A stretch of DNA of 64,000 nt from Nemertoderma westbladi (taxonomy: Eukaryota > Animalia > Xenacoelomorpha), in the NCBI GenBank assembly GCA_032718475.1, contig JAUCBJ010008095.1, forward strand, positions 19,421 to 83,420, given 5' to 3'. Below are positions 20,277 through 32,100 of the stretch, in pieces (positions within the stretch are counted from its first letter, which is position 1; the number at the start of each line of letters is the position of its first letter). A program made the position numbers and the translations under genes. The notes under the pieces were generated by a model, which saw nothing but the letters and a program-made list of their open reading frames with translations, searched no databases and had not been told where the DNA came from.

Positions 20277-23200
20277 ATGTCTGACACTCAGCAAAACCTG
20301 TCAGACAGTCTGATCGATACAACCATCTGTGACACAGATAGGAGTGTGGAGCGATTAAGAAAGGAGTTCAGCTCACCTCCTACTGCAAGAAAGGTCATCC
20401 CTCCAGTAGTATCAGACCCTAGGCTAATCCACCATAGGTCCATCATAGGCACTCGGGCACAGGTCAAACGGAACCAAGAGGCAGTTGTCCTATCGCAGCA
20501 ACATCTTGGTCAAGAACCTACTTCCCAGCGACCCGATAGCTCCAGTAGTTCGGATACTGTAGAGCTGACCCCCGAACGCGGAGTGCAGATGGCTGCTACA
20601 GTCTACTCGGACCCCCTTCTCACCCTTCCTGCTGCAGTGCTAACTACTATATTCATTGCGGTGGAGGAACATCAAGCCGACTGGGCGAGAAATAAGCGAG
20701 CGACCCAAGATAATTATGCGGGATACGCCAGGGAAGAATTGATGTCTATTGTCGAGTCACAATGGAACTTTCCCGAACTCGGACTCCCGTTGGATCTGTC
20801 CGAGGCTACTTGGGAAGATATACACAGGATGGGAGTGGCTAAAGATACAATGGATCCAGCTGTTTGGAAGAGGTCGGCAGCAGGATATGTGCAGGGATTC
20901 TTCGGCTCCTTGGAGCGATTGGAAGAACAACTGTTTCGACAACCCCAAGGACCTCAAGAGCAGGAAGAGCTGCTATACCAAGTACGCGAAAGAACCCTAC
21001 GTATTCGACTAATCCTATCAGCCTTTGAGGAAACTTCCAAAAGAAGACAGGACACGTCACTGCAGGTTGCTGTCAAAACTTGGTTCCATCGGGTAGGTCT
21101 CAAAGTACAGGAAACGGCCCAGTGGAAATCCCAGCTGGGTGAGAGATCAACCTATGAAGAACAAACTGATGCCACCCTTTCTCAAGCGGAAAGCGAAGAG
21201 ACCGCCGAGAAACCGCGAACTAGAGACGCTATCGACATTTATCTGTCCGACTATCAGCGATTCCTAGGAGACGAAGAGTTGAGGAGACGGCTGTCTGGAC
21301 TTTCCCCTAATAGTGAAGGAACCAAGCTTGTGTTGGACTCAATCGATGCCGAAATGTTAGCTGCAAACCAAGCTGAATTTGATGAAAAACTCCGCCTCAC
21401 TAGAGTCCGAGAAGAACAAGTAAAGAAAGAACGGATAGAGAAAAGAAAGGTGGCAGCAGCAGCGGCGGCAGAAGCAGAAGCCGAAAGAAAAGCGGCAGAA
21501 GCAGAAGCCGAAAGAAAGGCGGCAGAAGCAGAAGCCGAAAGAAAGGCGGCAGAAGCAGAAGCCGAAAGAAAGGCGGCAGAAGCAGAAGCCGAAAGAAAGG
21601 CGGCAGAAGCAGAAGCCGAAAGAAAGGCGGCAAAAGCAGAAGCCGAAAGAAAGGCGGCAGAAGCAGAAGCAGAAAGAAAAGCAGCAGTGGCAGAAGCAGA
21701 ACGGAGAGCTTCTGAGGAGACTATCCAACTGGAGTTGGAAAATCTGCAAGAGACGCAAGACAGTATAAATAAACAGTTTACTGCTAATCAAATGCAGATG
21801 ATGAGAAAATCTACTCCCAAGCGCCAGGGATACACATCCTCGGAGGAAGGCGAGACCACCGATCCTGAAGGCAGAGGAAATAGATCTCATCTAAGTAGGC
21901 GTAGAAAAACATCTTACCGTCGCAAATTGCCTGATTTGCCCCCAGCTGTTAGAAGACAGCTAGCTAGCACAGACTTGAGTAGTATAGAACCTACAGCCCA
22001 AAGTATTAAGGTCAAAAGACTCCCTACAATAGTTGATGAGCCTGAAATAATTAGGCCTGTCGTTCCCAAAGTCACTTCTGTGTTAGAGACCCCTGTACTT
22101 CCAGAGCTTAACTCTAAATTCCCTTTACATAGTACTACACTGCCTGTACCCGGTAGAACAGTCCAAGAGAATATCCCTGTCCGGATAGCAGAGAGAGAAA
22201 TCAAAGATTTGTCTCCCGTCGTCCCGCGTCAGCCCGCTACTATGTTGGCGACTCCCGCTTCGGCGGTCGAGTGGGTAGAAGAGGGACGGCGGGGGATGAA
22301 TCTCCTGCTAGGACAGATGCAGGAGACTGTCCACCAACTTAAGGGAACAGTGAGGGAAGGTAGAGCAGAGTTGCAAGAAGTGCAGCAAAGTATCGCACTA
22401 GAACGCGACAAATTAGTCAATATCCAAAAGGGCATACCAATACCCCCTGTAACATTGTGTCAACCTGTTAGGTCTGAAGTACTACATGCGCAAGGTGTGG
22501 AGCCTACACGCATCTATACTGCTAGTAAAGTAGAAACTCCTATAGCAAACCCTATTGAGGGTGATTATACGCCTGTTGCTAATGATATTCCCTATAGACC
22601 TGATAATAATCCGAGAAATTTATATACCGATAATTCGATATTAAATAATACGATGGCCCAAGAAAGCTTTACACGTCAGATGGCCAGAACAGAAGCCCGC
22701 CAGGCTGTTAAAGTGGGAGAAATCGTCAAATTCAATGGAGATGAGATGAAATGGTTACCGTTTAATGAATATTACGAAGATAGCATACAGAACTCTGTAC
22801 TATCTAGCGGAGAGAAATTGAGATTCCTCATCAAATGTTTGGAAGGACCTCCCAAGTTAATGGCGTTGAAGTTTATTGGACATCCAAATGGATTAAGACA
22901 AGTTTGGGATACATTAAACACCAGGTATGGTAATAAGGATAACATCGCTAAGTATTTGTATGCAAAACTAGTAGCCCCCCGCAAGTTCCTCAGTAACGAG
23001 ATTATAGAGTTTTCCGATGAGATTCAAGAGATCTGCCGACAATTGCATTGGTTAGGTAAGTCTCATGAATATCAGAGTTCTATGGTTATTGGAGCCATAG
23101 TCTCTACTTTGCCAAAGGGTGGAGTATGTACTCGCTGGGATAAGAAGGTATTGTATATGAATGAGCAGCAACGACGAAGCCCTACCATGGCTGATCTCAT

Positions 23201-26200
23201 GTCCTTCTTAGATGGTGAAGTAAAACTACAACTCATCAAGCAGTCCAGAGAGAAAACATCGGAAAATAAGGTGAGTGAGAAACCCATTTCTAGGAGAAGA
23301 GTAACACCTGTGTGTTATACTGATGACTGCGAAAGCCAAGCTTCTCAAGAGGAAGACAGCGGGAAAGACACCGAGAAATTTTACTATATTAACAAGACCT
23401 CAAAGGACGTAAGTAAACCTAAAGCTCGAACCCATGACAGAAGAGAACAGGTTAGTAAGACTCCTCCTCAGTCTCCTAGCAGAGTACACGGAAGAAAGCC
23501 CGAAGAAAGAACGAGAGTGCATAACGTTACCCAAGGTAAAGTGAGTAACATTAAACCAAACTGTGTGCTGTGCGACGGGCCCCACCGTTTGAGTGCGTGT
23601 GCTGAGTTCCTTAAGAAATCCCTAGTAGCCAGACGAGAGGTTGTGTGGGATAAGCGGTTATGCTATAATTGCCTCAGACCAGGACACCAACGGCGAACCT
23701 GTTACTCCGACATAAAGTGTGCAAAGTGCGGTACGCAACATCACGTCTTGTTACATAGCGAATTCGAACGAAACCACCTGAGTCAGGTAAGTGAGCCCGA
23801 ATTACATGTCCAGTTCAGTGATGTGAACGACACTGACCAAGGTTCTGAGTGGGAAGGATTCTATACAGACGAATTCTCCGATGCCAACGAATCCTGTTAT
23901 CTAATAAATACCACAGTGTATCGAGCACTTACGTATGAAAAGGACACTGACGAGTTTACTCCAACTCCTTTTGACAAACAACCATCTTGGAAAGTTCCAA
24001 CTTCCAACATAGGAATAAGAGAATTTCCTGTAGTGCAAGTGAGAGTTCATGGTCTCAACAAGAGTTACATAGTGAACGCCCTACTTGACTCCGGCAGCAC
24101 AGGAACATTCATCGATCAAGAACTAGCCGAAGATATCTTTGCTGGACAACCCAAGTTCCGGACTGAATTGAATATGTCAGGAATTATGCAGGTTTGGAAA
24201 TCTACCCTAACGGCAGATTACTATGTAGGTGTGTTGTCCACCCCCCAGGATAAGTTAGGAACACAAGGTATAAGGTCAGTAAAAATGGTGGCTATAAAGA
24301 ACTTTGCTACTACTCAAGCAGACCTTTATAATTGGGACGAGGATGAGAGCATCCAACATCTTAAGATACCTCGATTCCAGACAGATTATCCTGGAGTGCA
24401 AATACTCATCGGCCAAAACGCGCACGAGGCGCTCGAAACATTAGAGAAACGGCCTGCTCAACCACAGCCACTGCAAACCTATGCGGTAAGAACTAGAGTA
24501 GGTTGGTACTTTACTGGCCCTTCCCGTAGAACTCTCGAAGAGAGAATGCCACACGAACAAATATATCAAGTAAACGATTGGGAAGTGGAAAGCAGTGAGG
24601 TGGACGAACTAACTGAAGGAACACCATACTCCTCAGATAATGACGACATCTACCAACTCTTCGATGAAGAGAACACAATGGACCTACTTACCGAAAACCA
24701 AACTTGGAAAAATCAGGTGAATCTATGTCAACTGATTCGCCCATTGGAACCCATTGCTTACAATGACGAACTAAACGATGAGATAGAGCGCTACAACGCT
24801 AGAACTCGGGACGAACTAGCCGTACGATTCTTTACCCAAGAATTGGTAGAACCCAATTCATACGACAAAGCCCTGTCGATAGAAGAAGAAAGAGCCAAGC
24901 AAATCCAGGAAACAACCACACGTTTTTTAAAAGATCAAGGTAGATATGAAATCGGACTACCCTTCCGAAAACGGGAACCTAGATTTATAAATAACAGACC
25001 CTTGGCTGAGAAAAGAATCAATCAATTACATCGACGTCTTACGGCAAATGCTTCAGCTAAGGAAATGTACCAAACTCAGTTGAAGAAATTTATCACAAAG
25101 GGATATGCGGAGCGAGTACCGGAAGGAACTCCAATAACTGAAAGAACTTATTATCTAATACATCATTACGTTCCCAAACCCGGTAAACCCCATGAAGTAC
25201 GGGTCGTATTTGATGGCTCCGCCCTATATATGGGCCAATCCCTCAATTCCGAGTTGTTACCAGGACCCAACTTGCTCCAATCTTTGTTGGGAATACTTTT
25301 AAGATTAAGACAATATTCCATCGCGTTCGCCTCCGATATAGAAGGAATGTTCTTACAAGTCAAGGCGTTGGATCGTGATAGAGACAGCCTAAGATTCCTG
25401 TGGTGGCCTGAAGGAGATCTCAACCAGAAACCGGTAGAGTACTGGATGACCATCCAGGCTTTTGGGATTATATCAAGCCCTTCAAACGCCTGCTCAGTGG
25501 TTCGTACCACTGCGGATGACAACCGGGATGCCTTCTCCAAAGAGGTGATAGATAACATCAAACGAGACATATACATGGACGACAATTTAAAGTCCCTTCC
25601 ATCAGTAAAAGAAGCCATTGATGTCGCGAAAGGAACGGTTGAGTGTTTGAAAAGAGGTGGATTTCGATTGACGAAGTTCACCAGCAACTCCCATGAGTTT
25701 CTGGAAGCAATATCTGTAGAAGACCGGGGATCAAAAGACCTCGACTTAATACATGACGATCTTCCGGAAACCAAGACGCTTGGCTTGAAGTGGGACACAG
25801 AAAGAGATATCCTGTTTTTTCAGCTAAAACAGCGAGATAATCCAGTTCGGACCAAACGGATTTGTTTAAGTATTCTGAGCACTTATTTCGATCCCTTGGG
25901 ATTTATTAGCCCAGTTATATTGATTGCTCGGAGTTTAGTACAACAAATGTGGCTTGAAAACCACTCGTGGGACGATCCACTCAAGGGAGAACTATTAAAG
26001 AAATGGATGAAATGGGAGGACTCGCTACCTGCCATCAAGAACTTTATAATTTCCCGTTCATATTTTGGTCATGTTCTCCCTACGTATTCCTATCAACTCC
26101 ATGTATTTGGAGATGCCAGCGATATGGGAATCGGTATAGTAGCATACCTGCGAGTCGAAACTCCGGATGGAATCAAAGTTGCCTTGGTTACCTCTAAGGC

Positions 26201-28457
26201 ATTGATTAACAACAAGCTTAAGGTTCCTCGGGCGGAGTTAAAAGCAGCTTTATACGCTACAGCTATCGGCCGGAATGTAACAGAACAGATCGATTATCCA
26301 CTGGAGAAAACTGTTTATTGGACCGACGCTTTACTTGTGTTGGAATATATAACGAATGAAGTCTGTCAGTTCAGCGTCTTTGTTACTAACAGAGTGGCCA
26401 TTATTCTTAGTCGCACAACGATAGATTAATGGAGACACTGCCCTGGTACGATTAATCCAGCTGACATCGCCTCCAGAGGAGCCACTCCACAGGAACTGAT
26501 AGATACTCCAGACTGGTTGGGTGGACCCGACTTCCTGAGCAAGGAAGAAGATGAATGGCCTCCTCACCTTACTACGGCAGAGATCAGACAAGCCAAGGGA
26601 GCGGAAAAGGTCAAACCTAAAACCCGAGCGAGCAAGTCGAAGTTATTTAAACCGATGATCGATCTATCTGTATTACATGCTTCCGGAAATGATGCTTCAG
26701 ATCCACAATCCCTCGTCACGAACAAGTCTGTTGTGGAAATTAAGGATAGAGATTGGAAATCTGGAATACCAGACGTCTCGCAAGGAATCTCACCCCTGCT
26801 GCAGCAAGCAATACATCATTACAGTTCCTGGAATCGGCTCTGTAAGGCCGTCGCATATTTAAAGCGATGTTTTCATCATCGTTATTCCAGGACGAAGACC
26901 ACTAATGATACTGCTCCATTAACATCGGTCCAAGTTCATGCTATTAAAGATTTACCTAAATATAAAATACCCGATCGGTTTCTAAAAGAAAAGATCAGTT
27001 ACCAGGAGCATGAAGAAGCCAATAAACAGATACTGCGACTCCTGCAATGCTACGAGGATTCCGATAAGTATTTCCTGTTGTTAAGAAATCCACAGATGCG
27101 CTTAAGGGATCGCTTCTCTAGCACAATGATAGATGGGTTAATACGTGTTGGAGGAAGGCTAACTAATGCGCCATTATCTTTTGACACTAAATTCCCCATA
27201 CTCATTAGGAATTTTGAAGTACAAGTCAAGATGATTGTAGATGTTCACAGTAAACTTTATCATGCTGGTAGAGAACGAGTTCTTAGCGAAATTCGAACTC
27301 GCTATTATTTCTATAAACCACGTAGAGCTCTGAACCAAGTTCTTAGGAACTGCATACCCTGTAGGAAAGCATTCAGTAGGCCTTTAACACAGCGAGAGGC
27401 AGAATTACCTAGGGAACGAGTAAGCTTTTATGAACCACCCTTCACTAATACTGGTGTAGATTTATTTGGCCCTATTGAAGTATATCGCGCTAGGACTATA
27501 GTCAAGAGATGGTGTGTCATCTTCGTATGTATGACTTGCAGAGCCATCCATCTTGATATGGTGAACGATCTATCTACTAACAGCTTCGTCTTAAGTTTAC
27601 GACGACAGATCGCTCGCTTCGGAACTAGTAATACCATGCGATCGGACAAGGGAACGAACTTCATTGGTGCCAACAACGAAATTCAGGCTTACGTAAAGGA
27701 CTGGAATCAAAGACAGGTGGACGACCAGCTACGGATAACAGCGTCTAGCTGGACCTTTAACGCCGCCGACGCCCCTTGGTGGGGAGGAAGTTGGGAGAGA
27801 TTAATTCGAAGTGTCAAAACCGCATTTCACTTTATAGTGCCGTGCCGCGCATATCTCACTGACGAACTTCTGCGGACGTTAATGGAGGAAATCGCTGCCT
27901 ATCTTAACGAGAGACCGCTTATGCCAGTCTCATCGAGTCCCGACTCCCTGGAAGCGCTAACACCCGCTCACTTCCTACTTAAGAAACCTGTAGCCATGCT
28001 CCCACAATCCGAGATTGCCGACGGAGATGAATACTGCCGTCGAACTTGGCAGCTTATGCAGTTGCTATCCCGTCGTTTCGCTGACCATTTTGAGAAACAT
28101 TATCTGCCCACGCTACAACTTCGAACTAAGTGGTTTGCGCAGCAGGAAAATGTCAGCGCCGGAGACATGGTGCTTATTGTAGATCCGGACCTTCCACGCA
28201 GACGGTGGCAGACAGGTCGTATCATTGAGACGCACATCTCGGAGGATGGTTTAGTGCGCTCAGTAGAACTCGTCATCATGCGGCGTAACTTCAAGAAACC
28301 TGGCATAATCTTTGAGACGCAACAACTCAATCGCCCAGTTGGTCGTTTATGTTTGCTGGAAAGAGACCGGGAACTCTCTGGAAACTATGGAAGGCAAGAA
28401 ACTCTTCCCACGACCACCTCCCTAATCCCTCAAACATCTAGGGGCTCCTCAACGTAG
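20277..28457 (+). CDS. BEL/Pao Gag-Pol polyprotein (2726 codons) with one in-frame TAA at 26427-26429
   Basis: Gag (FNGD...W..F, CVLC..H..C, CYNC..H..C, CAKC..HH..LH), protease LLDSGS, RT YMDD, RNase H HVFGDAS, integrase HHCC and GVDLFGP/SDKGTNF/WER. The frame continues ID*WRHCPG. Confidence 0.93.
21462..21710 (+). repeat. 27-bp coding tandem repeat, ~9 x AEAERKAAE
   Basis: Read directly. Confidence 0.95.
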
Positions 28458-29161
28458 TACGTCTGGAGTGGGTGTATGTCTATATTATTTTATTTATTTT
28501 ATTACATTTTATATGTAAATATTATTATGTACGTTATTATAATCGTTTTATTTAATTTTATTTAGTAGAATGTTATTTAGATTATTTAGTAGATTAGTGC
28601 AATATATTAGTGTGTATTACGTAATTACATAATATATCTAGTGTGACGGCGAGAAATAATTATTTTCTCTTTCCTTACTGTCCGTATTATATTATAAATG
28701 CGAGACTATAGTAAGATGACATGTCAGTACTTATTAAAGTACAATAAAGCCACTACTATATTTAAGTATTATTGGTAGGCAGAGTATTAGGAATGCAAAG
28801 TTCAGATCCTCGTGTCTCGGCTAAACCAAGCTCTGGGTAGACCTTGGAAACGACTTGCCTCTTCACACTGACATTGCTTCGTGCGATATTGCTCTTCTAC
28901 CTTATAACAAATAATACATATAGTAGCGTGATATCCCTCTAACAGTAGCGTAAATCGCAAATAAATCTGTTAAACTTTTTGACCATCTGTAATTCTAGTC
29001 GATTAAGATATCGTGGCACCCACCGATATACTTGAAAGACAAATTCTAGAATCAGTGGTTAACGTCCCCAGACAAGTTCTGGAATAAATCGGTGCCCATC
29101 TTAAATATTAATTTAATATTTATTAAAATCTGTAAAATTCCGATCCTTTAAAATTTCTAGT

Positions 29162-32100
29162 TGATGTGATTTCATATATTCAATATTTACATGTACTTAT
29201 ATCTTATATCTAGTTAGGTCGTCCCTGATATTGTAACTGTCAATCATATACAATACCGGTACTCCAGTATTGTACTTGTGTCGTACTTCAGTACTTGTCA
29301 TATCTGCATGTCAATACATTCTGCTTGTGTCTTTCTTATCATACTACAGTGTTGTATAATCCAGCCTAATATATAGAACCTGCATACCTAAACTGCATTT
29401 CATATATCATAACATGGCGCTAGTGTGTATTTCTGGATTACTGTAGTCAGTTAACCAGCAAACATTCAATTTTGTAATTGCTGAATTAACACTACAAATG
29501 CTGAAATGGCTGAATATAACACGCCACCAAGCCAGCGTATTCAGTTGACACTCGACTCTGCAGATATAAACGGGTTAGTTACTGGCCAATCCCCTCCGTT
29601 TTTCGGCTTTAGTGAAGCCACTACACCTTCGCACGATGCCATTGGATTTGGCCCATTGGTTGACCTCAATGGTCCCCCCACGACACCGGTACCTGTACCT
29701 AGACCGGATTATAAACCGGCCCCCATCAACATTGCTGGATTAGTGCAAGGTTTCGCTGACGTTTTGGCTACGCAGCAAAACCAACTCGAGGATCAACGTC
29801 GGAAGGATGAAACATTCCGCCGAACCGAGGAATTACGATTACGCAGGGAAGATTTTGCGTATTTCGAACAGGCTAGGCAGCGGGACAACGAACGACTGCA
29901 AGAGTTCCTGTCAACCGCACTGCGTCAACCGCGGGGTGACGCTCCAAGCGATCCAGATCCTGGTATACATCGACGAAACCTCACTCATCAACCATCCCGA
30001 TCATCCAACAACAACTTGGCCCGTTCTTCACTGGCCAAAGTCCCACCCCCCCTTTCTAACGAAGCCTCGATGGCGGATTTTGCACGGTGGCGCCGTTTAT
30101 GGGATGGATTCGTCGTTATACAACGACTAGATCAAGTTGAACGCGAAGAACAAAAGGCCGCCCTCAACCAGGCACTGAGCCCAGAGCTTCAGGACCTGTT
30201 ACATCACGGTTTAAATATTTCGAGTTCAGGTGACGATGTTGATGTAGATGACATTCTATCTGCAATTGAATCTTACCTTCGCCAAAAACGCAATATCGCA
30301 TTGGACCGAATTGCCTTTGATGAGCGCAAACAGACTGCTGGAGAATCCTTCGACAGCTTTTATGTTGACCTACAGCGTTTGGGGAAAGATGCTGATTTAT
30401 GCTCTCATTGCTTCGATGATCGATTGGTCGATCGCATCATAACAGGTGGCGGCGACCCTGAAATCCGTCGGCGGTTATTGGCTAAACGCCCCCGCCCCTC
30501 ACTACAGGATACTGTAGATTTCTGTCGCGCTGAGGAAGCAGCTCAACGCAATGAATCGAGCCTTTCCACATCAAAGATTCTTAATATTTCCGCCAAATCA
30601 TCACATAAGGGTCAACAGCGAAGTTTCTCCCAATACCGGCCCCAACATAGATCCAAATCAAGGGATAAAGTCAAAGACAGGACGCCGGTACCTCAGTCCC
30701 AACCATGCCCATATTGCGGAAAACAGAAGCACAAACAAGGTCAGTATTGCCCAGCTAGCAATTCAACATGTAGATTTTGTAAAGTAAAGGGCCACTGGGA
30801 CACAGTGTGTTTCAAGAAAAAAGGAACACATAAATCGAAAATGAATTCAAATCACAGTATTTCTAATGTCGAATCCGATGAAAAGTTACAAACTGGCACT
30901 ATAAAACTCTCTATTAGTTCTGTGGACCTTACAAATAATAAAAATACCCCAATGGTATTTGTCCACCTCCAGACAAGCAATCGTATGACCTCTGTCGGAT
31001 TCTATGCCACTCCAGACACTGGTGCTGCAGTGACACTGTTTCCCCAAACCAATCTGAAGGATTTGTCTTTATCTGAATCTGAGTTACAGTCTACATCTGT
31101 AAAATTATCTAATGCAGATGGTGGGGATATCGACTGTATTGGAACATTTTTATGTAAAATAACCCTTGGTAACCGCCACTCAACAGTGCGGGCTTATGTT
31201 TGTAATTCAGCCAAACATATTCTCCTGGACTGGACTGTTTGTCAAGAACTAGGAATTATCTCAGCAGACTTTCCCTCTCAGGAGTCAACCTTGTATGTCT
31301 CTCATATCCCAGAACTTAATTCATTGAAAGGTTTACCTAACACTCCCACAGATTCCGAGACTAATGCAATCAAAGAATCCATTATGAAAGAATATTCCGA
31401 TGTTTTTTCCACTGAGGGAGCCTTGAAACCAATGAATGGGGAGCCTATGCAGATTCATCTCAAAGATGATGCACAACCTTTCGCCATTTCGACTGCCCGA
31501 CCTGTTAGTCTGGCCATCAGAGATCGAGTCAAAGCAGAGATTAATCGCATGGTCGAACAAGGTATCATTGCTCCAATTGGAGATGTTGTCACACAGTGGT
31601 GTCACCCACTTGTTGCTGTTATACACCAAAGTGGTAAACTAAGAATATGTACTGACTTCACTAAGTTAAATAAATACTGCATCCGACCTTATCATCCAAT
31701 GGTCACACCAAAGGCTGCCATAGATGGTATCTCTTCTGGAGATAAATATTTTTCCACGGTTGATGCAGTTAAAGGTTATTGGCAGATAGAGTTAGCTGAA
31801 GAATGCCAGCATCTCACTACCTTCATATGCTCAGAAGGCAGATTCAAATATCTACGAGCCCCCATGGGACTCTCATCCACGGGTGATGAATATAACCACC
31901 GTGGTGACTTGGCGTTTTCTGGATTGTCCAATTATGAAAAAGTAGTGGATGACATCCTCATCCACACAACAGACTTCCATGAACATGTCAACTCAGTCCT
32001 TCAAGTTCTGCAGCGTTGTCGGCAGAATGGAATTACCTTAAATCCGACCAAATTTCAATTTGCCAGGTCTGAAGTTAAGTTTGTAGGCTACAAAGTTGGT

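Noticed and set aside
21357-21890. Antisense ORFs rich in FGFCFCRLS / PPFFRLLLL
   Set aside because: Shadows of the 27-bp coding repeat in gag.
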